The notes below the pieces were generated by a model. It was not told the DNA's origin. It was given only the letters and a program-made list of their open reading frames with translations, and did no database searches. The translations under genes were made by a program, and so were the position numbers. From a virus, in IMG/VR virus record IMGVR_UViG_3300033551_000016: a stretch of 39,757 bases of DNA. The stretch is one strand, 5' to 3'. Of the stretch, positions 32,868-39,757 are shown in pieces. Position 1 is the first letter of the stretch. Each line of letters begins with the position of its first letter.

Positions 32868-33206
32868 CTAGGGCCGGCCATCGTTAACGTAGACAATTTT
32901 TACGGGCTGCCCTGAGCCGGGCTCAATCGCAAGATAGGAGGCAACCATTTGGGCAGGAGACGCAAAGCGGCCATCAAAAAGCATGGAGTGGAGTTGGTGC
33001 ATAGTCCCTTCGCTATCAACCACTAAGACATCGGCTCTGGCCATCCATTTTCCATCCAGCGGATTAAGGCAGCGGCAGCCGCGTTCAGACACAACGAATC
33101 CTCCAGCTATCGCCAAGGCATCCCCATAGGATTTGGCGGCTTCGGCGGCTTCATCGTCGTGATAGCAGCCTGAAGGGATTTTCAGTAGCGAGTCAACTTT
33201 GTACAT
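32868..33206 (-). CDS. Hypothetical protein on the opposite strand, inside the morphogenesis module
   Basis: ATG 33206 with GGGAGGAG upstream. Normal composition, slightly AT-richer than the flanks. Confidence 0.6.
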   Translation of the reverse strand: MYKVDSLLKIPSGCYHDDEAAEAAKSYGDALAIAGGFVVSERGCRCLNPLDGKWMARADVLVVDSEGTMHQLHSMLFDGRFASPAQMVASYLAIEPGSGQPVKIVYVNDGRP

Positions 33207-33286
33207 AGCTCCTCCCGTTTACAGCACCAACGCAGTCCTAGGCCAGAACCGGCCAACCTATTGACCACCCAACCAAAAGGTGTAGC

Positions 33287-34192
33287 ATGACCGACGTAAC
33301 CGACGTGGCGTCAACCACGGTAGCTCAACCCGAGCTGAAATCAGCTGACACTAGCGTCGTCAACAAGATCACCGCTGAAGCTGCCAAGGCAGAGCCTGTC
33401 AAGGCCGAGCCGGCAGTTGAGGCCAAGGTTGAGGAGACGGCCGTACAAGTCCCTGAAGGGGACGAGGCTGACGCACCAGATGCGGGTTCCGAGGCTGCCA
33501 AACCTGGCAAGAACTCTTGGAAGAAAAGGCTGGAAAGGGTCCGGCAGACAGCAGAAGCCGAAACCCGCGCTAATGTCCTGAAAGAGTTGATCGACCAAGG
33601 CGTCATCAAGCCGCCGAAGCCGCCGCAGGAAGCTGTGGTGGAGACGAAGGCTGAGAAGTCGCTGGAGGACTTCGACTACGATCAGGACGCTTACCTTGAG
33701 TACAAGCTAGAGCGCAAGCTAGAGCAGCGAGAGGCAAAGCAGCGCGAGGCCGAGGAACAGAAGCGTCAAGCCGAGACCGCCAAGCAGTTCGAGGCGAAGG
33801 TCAGCGAGTTTGAGCAGCGTGTGGGGGAGGGGGCGTGGCAGGAGGTTCTCGAATCTCCGATCAACCTTGATCCCGAGTTCAAGCCACTGGCGGCGATGAT
33901 CGAGGGCGACGACCTTGCCTTAGACATTGCCCATCACCTCGCTTCCAACCCGGACAAGGCCGAGGAGATCATCAAGCTCTCCCCGCTGAAGATGGCGCTG
34001 GAAGTGGCGAAGATCGCCGAACAGCTAGGCGGAAAGCAGTCCGAGAAGCCTGCGCCCGTGCTTCCGAAGAAGACCACCAATGCCCCCCCGCCTCCCAAGA
34101 CGGTCACGGGCTCTGGCAAGCCTTCGGTAGACGTGAACTCGCCGGATCTTACGCCAGAGCAGCGGATCGCCATGTGGAGGAAAAGGGGCTAA
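33287..34192 (+). CDS. Scaffolding protein
   Basis: 301 aa, highly charged Ala/Glu/Lys-rich helical protein between portal and coat. Confidence 0.7.
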   Translation: MTDVTDVASTTVAQPELKSADTSVVNKITAEAAKAEPVKAEPAVEAKVEETAVQVPEGDEADAPDAGSEAAKPGKNSWKKRLERVRQTAEAETRANVLKELIDQGVIKPPKPPQEAVVETKAEKSLEDFDYDQDAYLEYKLERKLEQREAKQREAEEQKRQAETAKQFEAKVSEFEQRVGEGAWQEVLESPINLDPEFKPLAAMIEGDDLALDIAHHLASNPDKAEEIIKLSPLKMALEVAKIAEQLGGKQSEKPAPVLPKKTTNAPPPPKTVTGSGKPSVDVNSPDLTPEQRIAMWRKRG

Positions 34193-34218
34193 GTCCCTAA
34201 CCCTTCTCGGAGTTTGAA

Positions 34219-35418
34219 ATGGCTAACCAGCTACTTACCACCGACATGATCGCTGACCGCGCCCTGATGCGGTTCAGCGAGGCACTGTCGTTCACCAAGA
34301 CCATCCCGCGCACCTACGATTCTTCGTTCACGACCGGCGCTCCGGCTATCGGCGACACCCTGCGCGTCCCGATCCCGCAGCATGCCGTGATCAACCACGG
34401 CCGCGTCGCCACCCCGGCCCCGATGAAGACCATCGTTCGCCCGGTGACCATTCAGGATCAGGTCAACTTCTCGATCCAGTACACCAGTGCAGAACTGGCG
34501 CTGGATATCGAAGAGTTCGACCGCCGTTATCTGTCCCAGCAGGTCGCCGACTTGGCGGTCAACGTTGAGGCTGCGGTGCAGAACCTGGCCTATCAGTCGA
34601 TCCCGAACCAGACCGGCACCCCGGACGCCCAGTGGACGCAGCTTGCTTACGCCAACATCGCTCGGAAGTACATCGAGGACAACGGCGGCGGCAAGGGCAC
34701 CAAGAAGATGTTGACCAACAACGCGGCGGATACGACCATCATCCCCGCGCTGGCTGGCCTGTTCAACGCCCAGCGTCAGATTGACGTGCAGTACGAAGAG
34801 GGCGTCATGGGTCGCGCGTCGGGCTTTGATTGGGTGTCCTCGACGGTTGCCCCGGTTCACACTCGCGGCTCGGCTAACGCCAGCTACGACGTGAACGGCG
34901 CGAACCAGACGGGCTCGTCCATCGCCATTGACACCGGTTCCGGCACCTTCAACGTTGGTGACATCGTGACCTTCGCGGGCAGCATTGCGGTTCACCCGCA
35001 GACCAAGCAGACGTTGGGTTACCTGCGTCAGTTCACGGTGACTGCGCCGCTAACGGGCCCCGGCAACCTGCAAATCTATCCGGCGATCACGGTCACGGGC
35101 AGTGAGCAGAACGTCACAGCCTCCCCGACTGATGGCGGCGACGTGGTGATTCAGGGCACGGCATCGGATACCTACGGCATCTCGATGGCCTACCGTCCGG
35201 AAGCCTTCTCCTTCGTGACGGTGGACCTGCCCGAACTGACCGGCTGGAAGAACAGCCGTCGCCAGTTCGAGGGCATTTCCATGCGCGTTGTGGAGGCGTC
35301 GGACGCGATCAACGACATGAACCTGACCCGCTTCGACATCATGTGGGGCTTCGGCGCGCTGCGTCCGGAGTGGGCATGCCGTATCGCCAATGACCCCGCC
35401 CTTCTGACCCCGGCCTAA
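34219..35418 (+). CDS. Major capsid protein (P22 coat / gp5 family)
   Basis: 399 aa. The N-terminus MANQLLTTDMIADRALMRFSEALSFTKTI and the overall pattern are typical of P22-type coat proteins. Follows the scaffold gene. Confidence 0.85.
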   Translation: MANQLLTTDMIADRALMRFSEALSFTKTIPRTYDSSFTTGAPAIGDTLRVPIPQHAVINHGRVATPAPMKTIVRPVTIQDQVNFSIQYTSAELALDIEEFDRRYLSQQVADLAVNVEAAVQNLAYQSIPNQTGTPDAQWTQLAYANIARKYIEDNGGGKGTKKMLTNNAADTTIIPALAGLFNAQRQIDVQYEEGVMGRASGFDWVSSTVAPVHTRGSANASYDVNGANQTGSSIAIDTGSGTFNVGDIVTFAGSIAVHPQTKQTLGYLRQFTVTAPLTGPGNLQIYPAITVTGSEQNVTASPTDGGDVVIQGTASDTYGISMAYRPEAFSFVTVDLPELTGWKNSRRQFEGISMRVVEASDAINDMNLTRFDIMWGFGALRPEWACRIANDPALLTPA

Positions 35419-35429
35419 GGAGATAATCC

Positions 35430-35618
35430 ATGTCCACTCCCGCCAATCCGAACGTGGATGATCGCTCCAACACCACGTTTTTCACCGGACCGCTTGCCAA
35501 TGGCACCCAGTTGACCGGCGTGCTGTACATCGACACCAGCACGCTTCCTACCGCTGACCCGGCTGTTGCAGGGCAGATTTGGTCGGATTCCGGCGTGCTG
35601 ACCGTCTCGGCAGGCTAA
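35430..35618 (+). CDS. Small virion-associated protein (62 aa), function unknown
   Basis: Strong SD AAGGAG upstream, followed by a terminator. Confidence 0.6.
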   Translation: MSTPANPNVDDRSNTTFFTGPLANGTQLTGVLYIDTSTLPTADPAVAGQIWSDSGVLTVSAG

Positions 35619-35623
35619 CCCAC

Positions 35624-35652
35624 AAGGGGAGGCTTTACCCTCCCCTTTCTCT
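35624..35652 (+). terminator. Rho-independent terminator after the coat operon
   Basis: AAGGGGAGG (35624-35632), a 6-nt loop, CCTCCCCTT (35639-35647), then TCTCT. Confidence 0.6.
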
Positions 35653-35663
35653 AGGAGAAGATC

Positions 35664-35915
35664 ATGGCCGCAACCGGCAATGAAAAGCTGTATGTGTCGC
35701 AGAATGGGGGCGGTAAGGCTACGGTTTCCGCGTCTGAAGTGGCCGCGCTCGCCAATGGGTCGATTCAGGCCCCAACGGCCTCCGTGCGGGGCGGCGTGCT
35801 GCTCGGCGATGCGGTGGCAAACTGCACCGTTGCCGCTGACGGAACCTCTGCGGGCACGCAATTGAATCTGCTGCTGGCAGAGCTGAGGGCTTCTGGCGTC
35901 ATTGCGGCGGCCTAA
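35664..35915 (+). CDS. Head-fibre / decoration-like protein (83 aa)
   Basis: C-terminal GTQLNLLLAELRASGVIAA resembles the motif I recall from phage head-fibre proteins. Confidence 0.5.
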   Translation: MAATGNEKLYVSQNGGGKATVSASEVAALANGSIQAPTASVRGGVLLGDAVANCTVAADGTSAGTQLNLLLAELRASGVIAAA

Positions 35916-35918
35916 GCC

Positions 35919-36335
35919 ATGACTACGGTCGCCGATTTCATCAAGGATACGTTGGGGACCATCCAGGTCATCAACACCACGCAGTCTGTCTCCGACAAGG
36001 ACATGCAGACCGGTATCCGGTTCCTGAATCGGCTCATGACCCGGCTGGAAGCCTCTGGAATCTCGATGGGCTGGCAGAACGTCACCAGCCCGGATGACGA
36101 GCTCCCGATGCCTGCCGAGGTTGAGCTTGGCATCATGTACTCGCTGGGCATCATGCTCGCGCCTCAGTACGGCGTTGACGTGATGCCTGCGGTAGCTGCC
36201 GGCGCGCAGACCTTCATGAACGACGTGATGCGTGACCAGATGGTCGCCACGCCGATCCAGCCGATTCTTGACCTTCCGGCTCCGGACGGATGGAGCAATA
36301 GGACCATCAACGGCTCGACCTTCTATGTCGGGTGA
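35919..36335 (+). CDS. Head-to-tail adaptor, P22 gp4-like
   Basis: Colinear pattern with P22 gp4 as remembered: DFIKDTLGTIQV...MQTGIRFLNRLMTRLEASGISMGW...LGIMLAPQYGV. Lies upstream of the gp10-like gene. Confidence 0.55.
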   Translation: MTTVADFIKDTLGTIQVINTTQSVSDKDMQTGIRFLNRLMTRLEASGISMGWQNVTSPDDELPMPAEVELGIMYSLGIMLAPQYGVDVMPAVAAGAQTFMNDVMRDQMVATPIQPILDLPAPDGWSNRTINGSTFYVG

Positions 36336-36338
36336 CGC

Positions 36339-36542
36339 ATGAAAATGCAGCCGCTGGACATCGTAGACGGCACCTACAAAGACGAGGACCTTTCGTTCTC
36401 GGCGCAGGATACGTGCAACTACCTGCCAACCTCTGCTGAGCAGTCAGGCACACGCACAGCGACCATGTTGCGCACGCCGCCGGGGTTAAAGCCTGCGGTA
36501 TTGATAGGGGTATTTGTCCCCGATGAGGAGCCCGAAGCCTAA
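36339..36542 (+). CDS. N-terminal fragment ORF of the P22 gp10-like tail hub protein
   Basis: CNYLPTSAE...MLRTPPGLKP parallels gp10 DYLPVNML...YLRSFPGITK. The stop TAA overlaps the next ATG (TAATG). Confidence 0.55.
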   Translation: MKMQPLDIVDGTYKDEDLSFSAQDTCNYLPTSAEQSGTRTATMLRTPPGLKPAVLIGVFVPDEEPEA

Positions 36543-38923
36543 TGGCGATGGAGGTTGCCGGCGCAGTCCGTAACGCCTACAGCGCTGAAGGGCGGATGTT
36601 TGTCGTGGCCGGGCAGACGCTTTACCAGATCACCCCGGCCGGAGTCTCTGTTCCCCTCGGAACGGTCCCTGGCACAGGGCGTGTCTCGTTCTCGCACAAC
36701 CAGATCACCAACGGAAACGAAATTCTCGTCAACAACGGGAATGCCGGCTACATTTTCAACACGGTGACTCAGGTTTTCCAGCGGATCACTGACACATCCT
36801 ATCCGGGCGGTCTTCGGGCGGCGTTCCTCAATAACCGGTTCATCCAGATCGAGCCTAAGCGTCGATATGCCTTCCCGTCCGCATTGGCTGATGGGCTGAA
36901 TTACAGCGCACTGGACCGTTTTACCTCCGAAGTCTCGCCGGATCTTCTGGTCGGTCAAGAGGTCAGCAACAACGAACTGGTTCTTTTCAGTACCTCGACT
37001 GGGGAGTTCTACGAAGACACTGGGGCAAATCCCGAGCCGATCCGATCCAAGCAGATCGTGATGCAGCGCGGTATGGGCGGACCTTACGCCAGCGCGACGA
37101 TGGACAACACCATTTTCTTCCTTGGAGACGATGGGAGTTTCTACCGGCTGGAGGGGTATCACCCTGTTCGCATCTCAACCAAGCCCATCGAGCAGTCGAT
37201 CCGTGGAAAGAACTGGTGGAACTGCTTTACGACGGTCTGGCAGGACTCAGGCTATAAAGTCTGCTACTGGACGTTCCCTGACGGCCTGACGTGGGGCTTT
37301 GATGTTTCGACGGGGAAATGGCACCGACGCGAGTCCTACGGGTTCAACCGCTGGCGAATCAACTCCCTGACCTACTGGCAGAACAAGTGGTATGGCGGTG
37401 ATTTCCAAGCCGGCAAGCTCTATGAGCTTGACTGGGATTACATTCTTGAGGGAGATCAGGAGTTCGTTTCATATCGCTCGGCCGGGGTAATTTCCGATTC
37501 TCAGAATCGAGTGATCCACGAGCGCCTAGAGCTGATCGTCAATACTGGCATGGTGGAGACAGTCCCCACTACGTTCATTGATCAGCCGGAAGGGCCAGCT
37601 ATCTCAGGAGACGGCCCGGATTCATTTGCTGGATCACCGTATTCCTTCTCCTACACCCTCACCCCGGGGGACTCGCCTATTGCCAGGACCGTCCTTCTTC
37701 CCGGCTCATACGTTGAGATTGGCGGAGTACAGACGCCAATCCCCTCTGAAGGGTGGGCATGGAATCAGGCCACGGCCACTATATCGGCAACAACTCCGAT
37801 CACCGGAACGATGGTTCACCTTTTGCCCCGTGTGTATGACACAAACGGGCTTTATGATGACCACGAAGATGACATTCTGATCTCCAATCAGTACACCTTA
37901 CTGGTGACGGGCGCGGCAATAAACCCTGGTGATCCGATGTGGGCCACAGCCTCTGCGTTGCCTATCCCAAGTTTCACGGGCATAGCACAGTCAACCGGGG
38001 CTGATATCTCCGGGGCCACGGCTCAGTATGCGGACGGGGTGTGGTGTGCGGCTAACGATACGGAGTTCAGATATTCGGATGATGACCTTGCTACGTCACA
38101 AGGAGGCGCGATTGATCTTGATGGGAGTTCGGTGTCGGCTATTTTCGGGAGTGCCGGAGGCTGGGTAATCAAGGCATCCCCCGCATTCTCGGATCTTCCT
38201 CTCGCGGATCAGCCGCCTACGGCATTTGCCAATTCAGCTCCCACAGCGCTGATGACCAACGGTATCAACACGCTAAGTGTCGCGCTTGGAGTTCGCGGGT
38301 TTAGCGTGGGGCAGTACAGTTTCGTCACGGTGCAATACAACCTCCTGAGGACGGAAGACCCTACTGGGACGTGGATAGGGGTGTGGGACCAGTACGCCAC
38401 GACGGCTGCCGGGTGGGACCCTAACGGCCTGAGCATCCAGTATTTCTACGACGCCGTAGAGTGGGATGAGGAAATGTATGCCGCTGTCCGGTGGGGGTTT
38501 AACGTTGTCTCTGCCCGTTATCAGATTCGGTCCTCGCCCGGTTTCGGGACCGATTGGCAGGACGGCACCATCGTGTGGGATCAGGCTTCCGAAGGTGGCG
38601 CGCCGCTTCAGCTTGGCGTGACGGATACCAATACCCTTGTTGCTTATTGCATGGGGGCAGAAGCATCCATCCGGACAAGCGTTGATGACTTCGCCACGCT
38701 CCATCCGCTGGGAATTGGCGGCGTTTCGGTAGGGGGCGGGTCTATCGCCGAGATCTCCCCGCCGCGCAAGATGACCTGCGCTGGCCGTTATGTGTTCGTC
38801 ATAGGAACGGGGGCGGATGCCAACAAGTGCGTGCAGTTCGATACGACAACGAATGAAATCGTGGACACGTACACACTCCCCATCAATAACGCAGTCAGCA
38901 TCGCAGCGGGAGAGGCTCCATGA
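36542..38923 (+). CDS. P22 gp10-like tail hub protein body (first ~345 aa) fused to a ~450-aa extra C-terminal region
   Basis: GAVRNAYSAEGRMFVVAGQTLYQI...LGTVPGTGRVSFSHNQ parallels gp10 GVSRGVEYNTAQNAVYRVCGGKLYK...VAGSGRVSMAHGR. RLELIVNTGMVE parallels the gp10 segment FDLEVESSTGV. The remainder has an Ig-like GSPYSFSYTLTPGDSP segment and beta-rich sequence. Confidence 0.75.
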   Translation: MAMEVAGAVRNAYSAEGRMFVVAGQTLYQITPAGVSVPLGTVPGTGRVSFSHNQITNGNEILVNNGNAGYIFNTVTQVFQRITDTSYPGGLRAAFLNNRFIQIEPKRRYAFPSALADGLNYSALDRFTSEVSPDLLVGQEVSNNELVLFSTSTGEFYEDTGANPEPIRSKQIVMQRGMGGPYASATMDNTIFFLGDDGSFYRLEGYHPVRISTKPIEQSIRGKNWWNCFTTVWQDSGYKVCYWTFPDGLTWGFDVSTGKWHRRESYGFNRWRINSLTYWQNKWYGGDFQAGKLYELDWDYILEGDQEFVSYRSAGVISDSQNRVIHERLELIVNTGMVETVPTTFIDQPEGPAISGDGPDSFAGSPYSFSYTLTPGDSPIARTVLLPGSYVEIGGVQTPIPSEGWAWNQATATISATTPITGTMVHLLPRVYDTNGLYDDHEDDILISNQYTLLVTGAAINPGDPMWATASALPIPSFTGIAQSTGADISGATAQYADGVWCAANDTEFRYSDDDLATSQGGAIDLDGSSVSAIFGSAGGWVIKASPAFSDLPLADQPPTAFANSAPTALMTNGINTLSVALGVRGFSVGQYSFVTVQYNLLRTEDPTGTWIGVWDQYATTAAGWDPNGLSIQYFYDAVEWDEEMYAAVRWGFNVVSARYQIRSSPGFGTDWQDGTIVWDQASEGGAPLQLGVTDTNTLVAYCMGAEASIRTSVDDFATLHPLGIGGVSVGGGSIAEISPPRKMTCAGRYVFVIGTGADANKCVQFDTTTNEIVDTYTLPINNAVSIAAGEAP

Positions 38924-39141
38924 GCGACCAATATGTGCGAATGCAGTATTCCGACGACGGGGGGCACAACTGGTCCGACTGGGAAGAGGCGGCTATCGGC
39001 GAGGTCGGGCAGTACGCCAAAAAGGCAGTGTGGACCCGGCTAGGGTCTTCCTACCAGCGCGTATATCGCTGGGCCTCCTCCAGCCCCCGGAAACGCGATA
39101 TTCTAGGAGCCGCAATCTCCATGAAAGGGACGATTGGGTGA
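38920..39141 (+). CDS. C-terminal fragment ORF of the gp10-like tail hub protein
   Basis: YSDDGGHNWSDW...YAKKAVWTRLGSSYQRVYRW...ILGAAISMK parallels the gp10 C-terminus SATTDGINYG...YDKRVLWKRVGRIRRLIGFK...LSGCQIRLE. ATGA overlap with the preceding ORF. Confidence 0.6.
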   Translation: MSDQYVRMQYSDDGGHNWSDWEEAAIGEVGQYAKKAVWTRLGSSYQRVYRWASSSPRKRDILGAAISMKGTIG

Positions 39142-39632
39142 TGCTTAAAGATCCTGAATGCTTGGCAAGGTACGAAGAAAGCCAGCACGCATTGGCTAGG
39201 CTTTCTGCCGTCCATGAGATTCAGGAACGGATGAAGGAGCTGCCTCAGGTTCCGGGCATTTGTGGGAATGAGGGAGAACACCTGACCCATCGGTTTTCCC
39301 CTGGCATCTACACCCGGGAGCTATTCATCCCAAAGCACACCTTCGTTATCGGGAAAACCCATAAGCACAGCCACCCGGTTTTTTTCATGCAAGGGAAGTG
39401 CCGGATGTGGGACGTAGGGGCCGGGACCGACCCCGAGGACATGGAGGCCCCGAAGATTTGGGTTTCCATGGCTGGGGCAAAGCGGGTTCTGCTGACACTG
39501 GAGGATTGCATCTTTGCCACGGCCCATGCCTCAGATGAGACAGATTTGGACGCCTTGGAGGCGGAACTCATCGTTCCCGAATCCGAGGCCATGCAGTTAA
39601 GTCAATTGGCCGCACTACCAAGAATTGTATGA
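39141..39632 (+). CDS. Hypothetical protein, possibly cupin-like (163 aa), in the tail-needle slot
   Basis: ATG 39141 shares a base with the upstream TGA. GKTHKHSHPVFFMQGKCRMWDVG resembles a cupin metal motif. The ORF-track form from 38817 would overlap two genes. Confidence 0.6.
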   Translation: MLKDPECLARYEESQHALARLSAVHEIQERMKELPQVPGICGNEGEHLTHRFSPGIYTRELFIPKHTFVIGKTHKHSHPVFFMQGKCRMWDVGAGTDPEDMEAPKIWVSMAGAKRVLLTLEDCIFATAHASDETDLDALEAELIVPESEAMQLSQLAALPRIV

Positions 39633-39757
39633 ACGGACCCGCTGAATGCTGGGGTGTGATTCAGGAAAACGGCCTGCGGGACGATAACGGCTGCCTGACG
39701 TGGCTGGGTCACACTCAGACAAAGGGCTACGGGTTTATCCGCTGCAATGGCCGTTAT
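39629..39757 (+). CDS. 5' part of the HNH endonuclease gene, the same gene as 26..436, truncated by the window end
   Basis: ATG 39629 lies in an ATGA overlap with the stop of 39141..39632. It reads MNGPAECWGVIQENGLRDDNGCLTWLG..., continuing into the duplicated 127 bp. Confidence 0.8.
   Translation, partial: MNGPAECWGVIQENGLRDDNGCLTWLGHTQTKGYGFIRCNGRY
39631..39757. repeat. Right copy of the exact 127-bp end duplication
   Basis: Verbatim repeat of bases 1-127. Confidence 0.95.

Noticed and set aside
34231-34995. 254-aa minus-strand ORF inside the coat gene, with similar shadow ORFs at 5990..6637, 6292..6846, 6851..7399, 36539..37162, 31328..31912 and 2176..2775
   Set aside because: All are antisense or alternative frames of genes that have clear family signatures. 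Their Arg/Gly/Pro-rich composition is typical of non-coding frames in GC-rich DNA.
38817-39140. N-terminal extension of the 39141..39632 ORF (the ORF track starts it at 38817)
   Set aside because: The extension would overlap the end of the hub gene and the whole of 38920..39141 in another frame, and it reads as Arg/Ser-rich junk. ATG 39141 is coupled to the upstream stop.
1-39757. Search for a diversity-generating retroelement, retron, CRISPR array or mini-array
   Set aside because: No reverse-transcriptase-like ORF was found. No template/variable repeat pair was noticed near the fibre genes. I saw no regularly spaced direct repeats, only the coding 45-nt fibre repeats and the 127-bp end duplication.

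Overview
The window is one complete, circularly closed phage genome. Bases 1-127 are repeated exactly at 39631-39757, so the unique length is 39630 bp. The virion module is P22-like and podovirus-type: small and large terminase, portal, scaffold, P22-type coat, a gp4-like adaptor, a gp10-like tail hub, three ejection-type proteins and three tail-fibre genes. Transcription is split in two. A leftward early operon (14138 down to 7435, about 19 tightly coupled genes) has only a lambda Beta (Red-beta) annealase that I can recognise. A rightward unit starts at a small HTH gene (14271) and runs through small early genes, an HNH endonuclease, an SPFH lipoprotein, two DNA methyltransferases and a NinB / Ref-like / PD-(D/E)xK nuclease cluster. 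It then passes a 430-nt structured non-coding region, a tRNA-Gln(UUG), a lysis cassette (amidase, holin candidates, Rz with embedded Rz1) and the morphogenesis genes, and continues across the junction to 7450. I found no integrase, CI-type repressor, replication protein, reverse transcriptase or CRISPR array. The items most worth follow-up are: a promoter-to-terminator pseudoknotted RNA candidate upstream of an HNH gene (16479-16922); the structured leader before the tRNA; a two-gene antisense cassette between portal and scaffold; a gp10-like hub gene split into three coupled ORFs with a ~450-aa insertion; an HNH gene spanning the junction, directly followed in the same frame by an ejection-protein ORF with no canonical start codon; an SPFH lipoprotein module; and Red-beta without an Exo partner.
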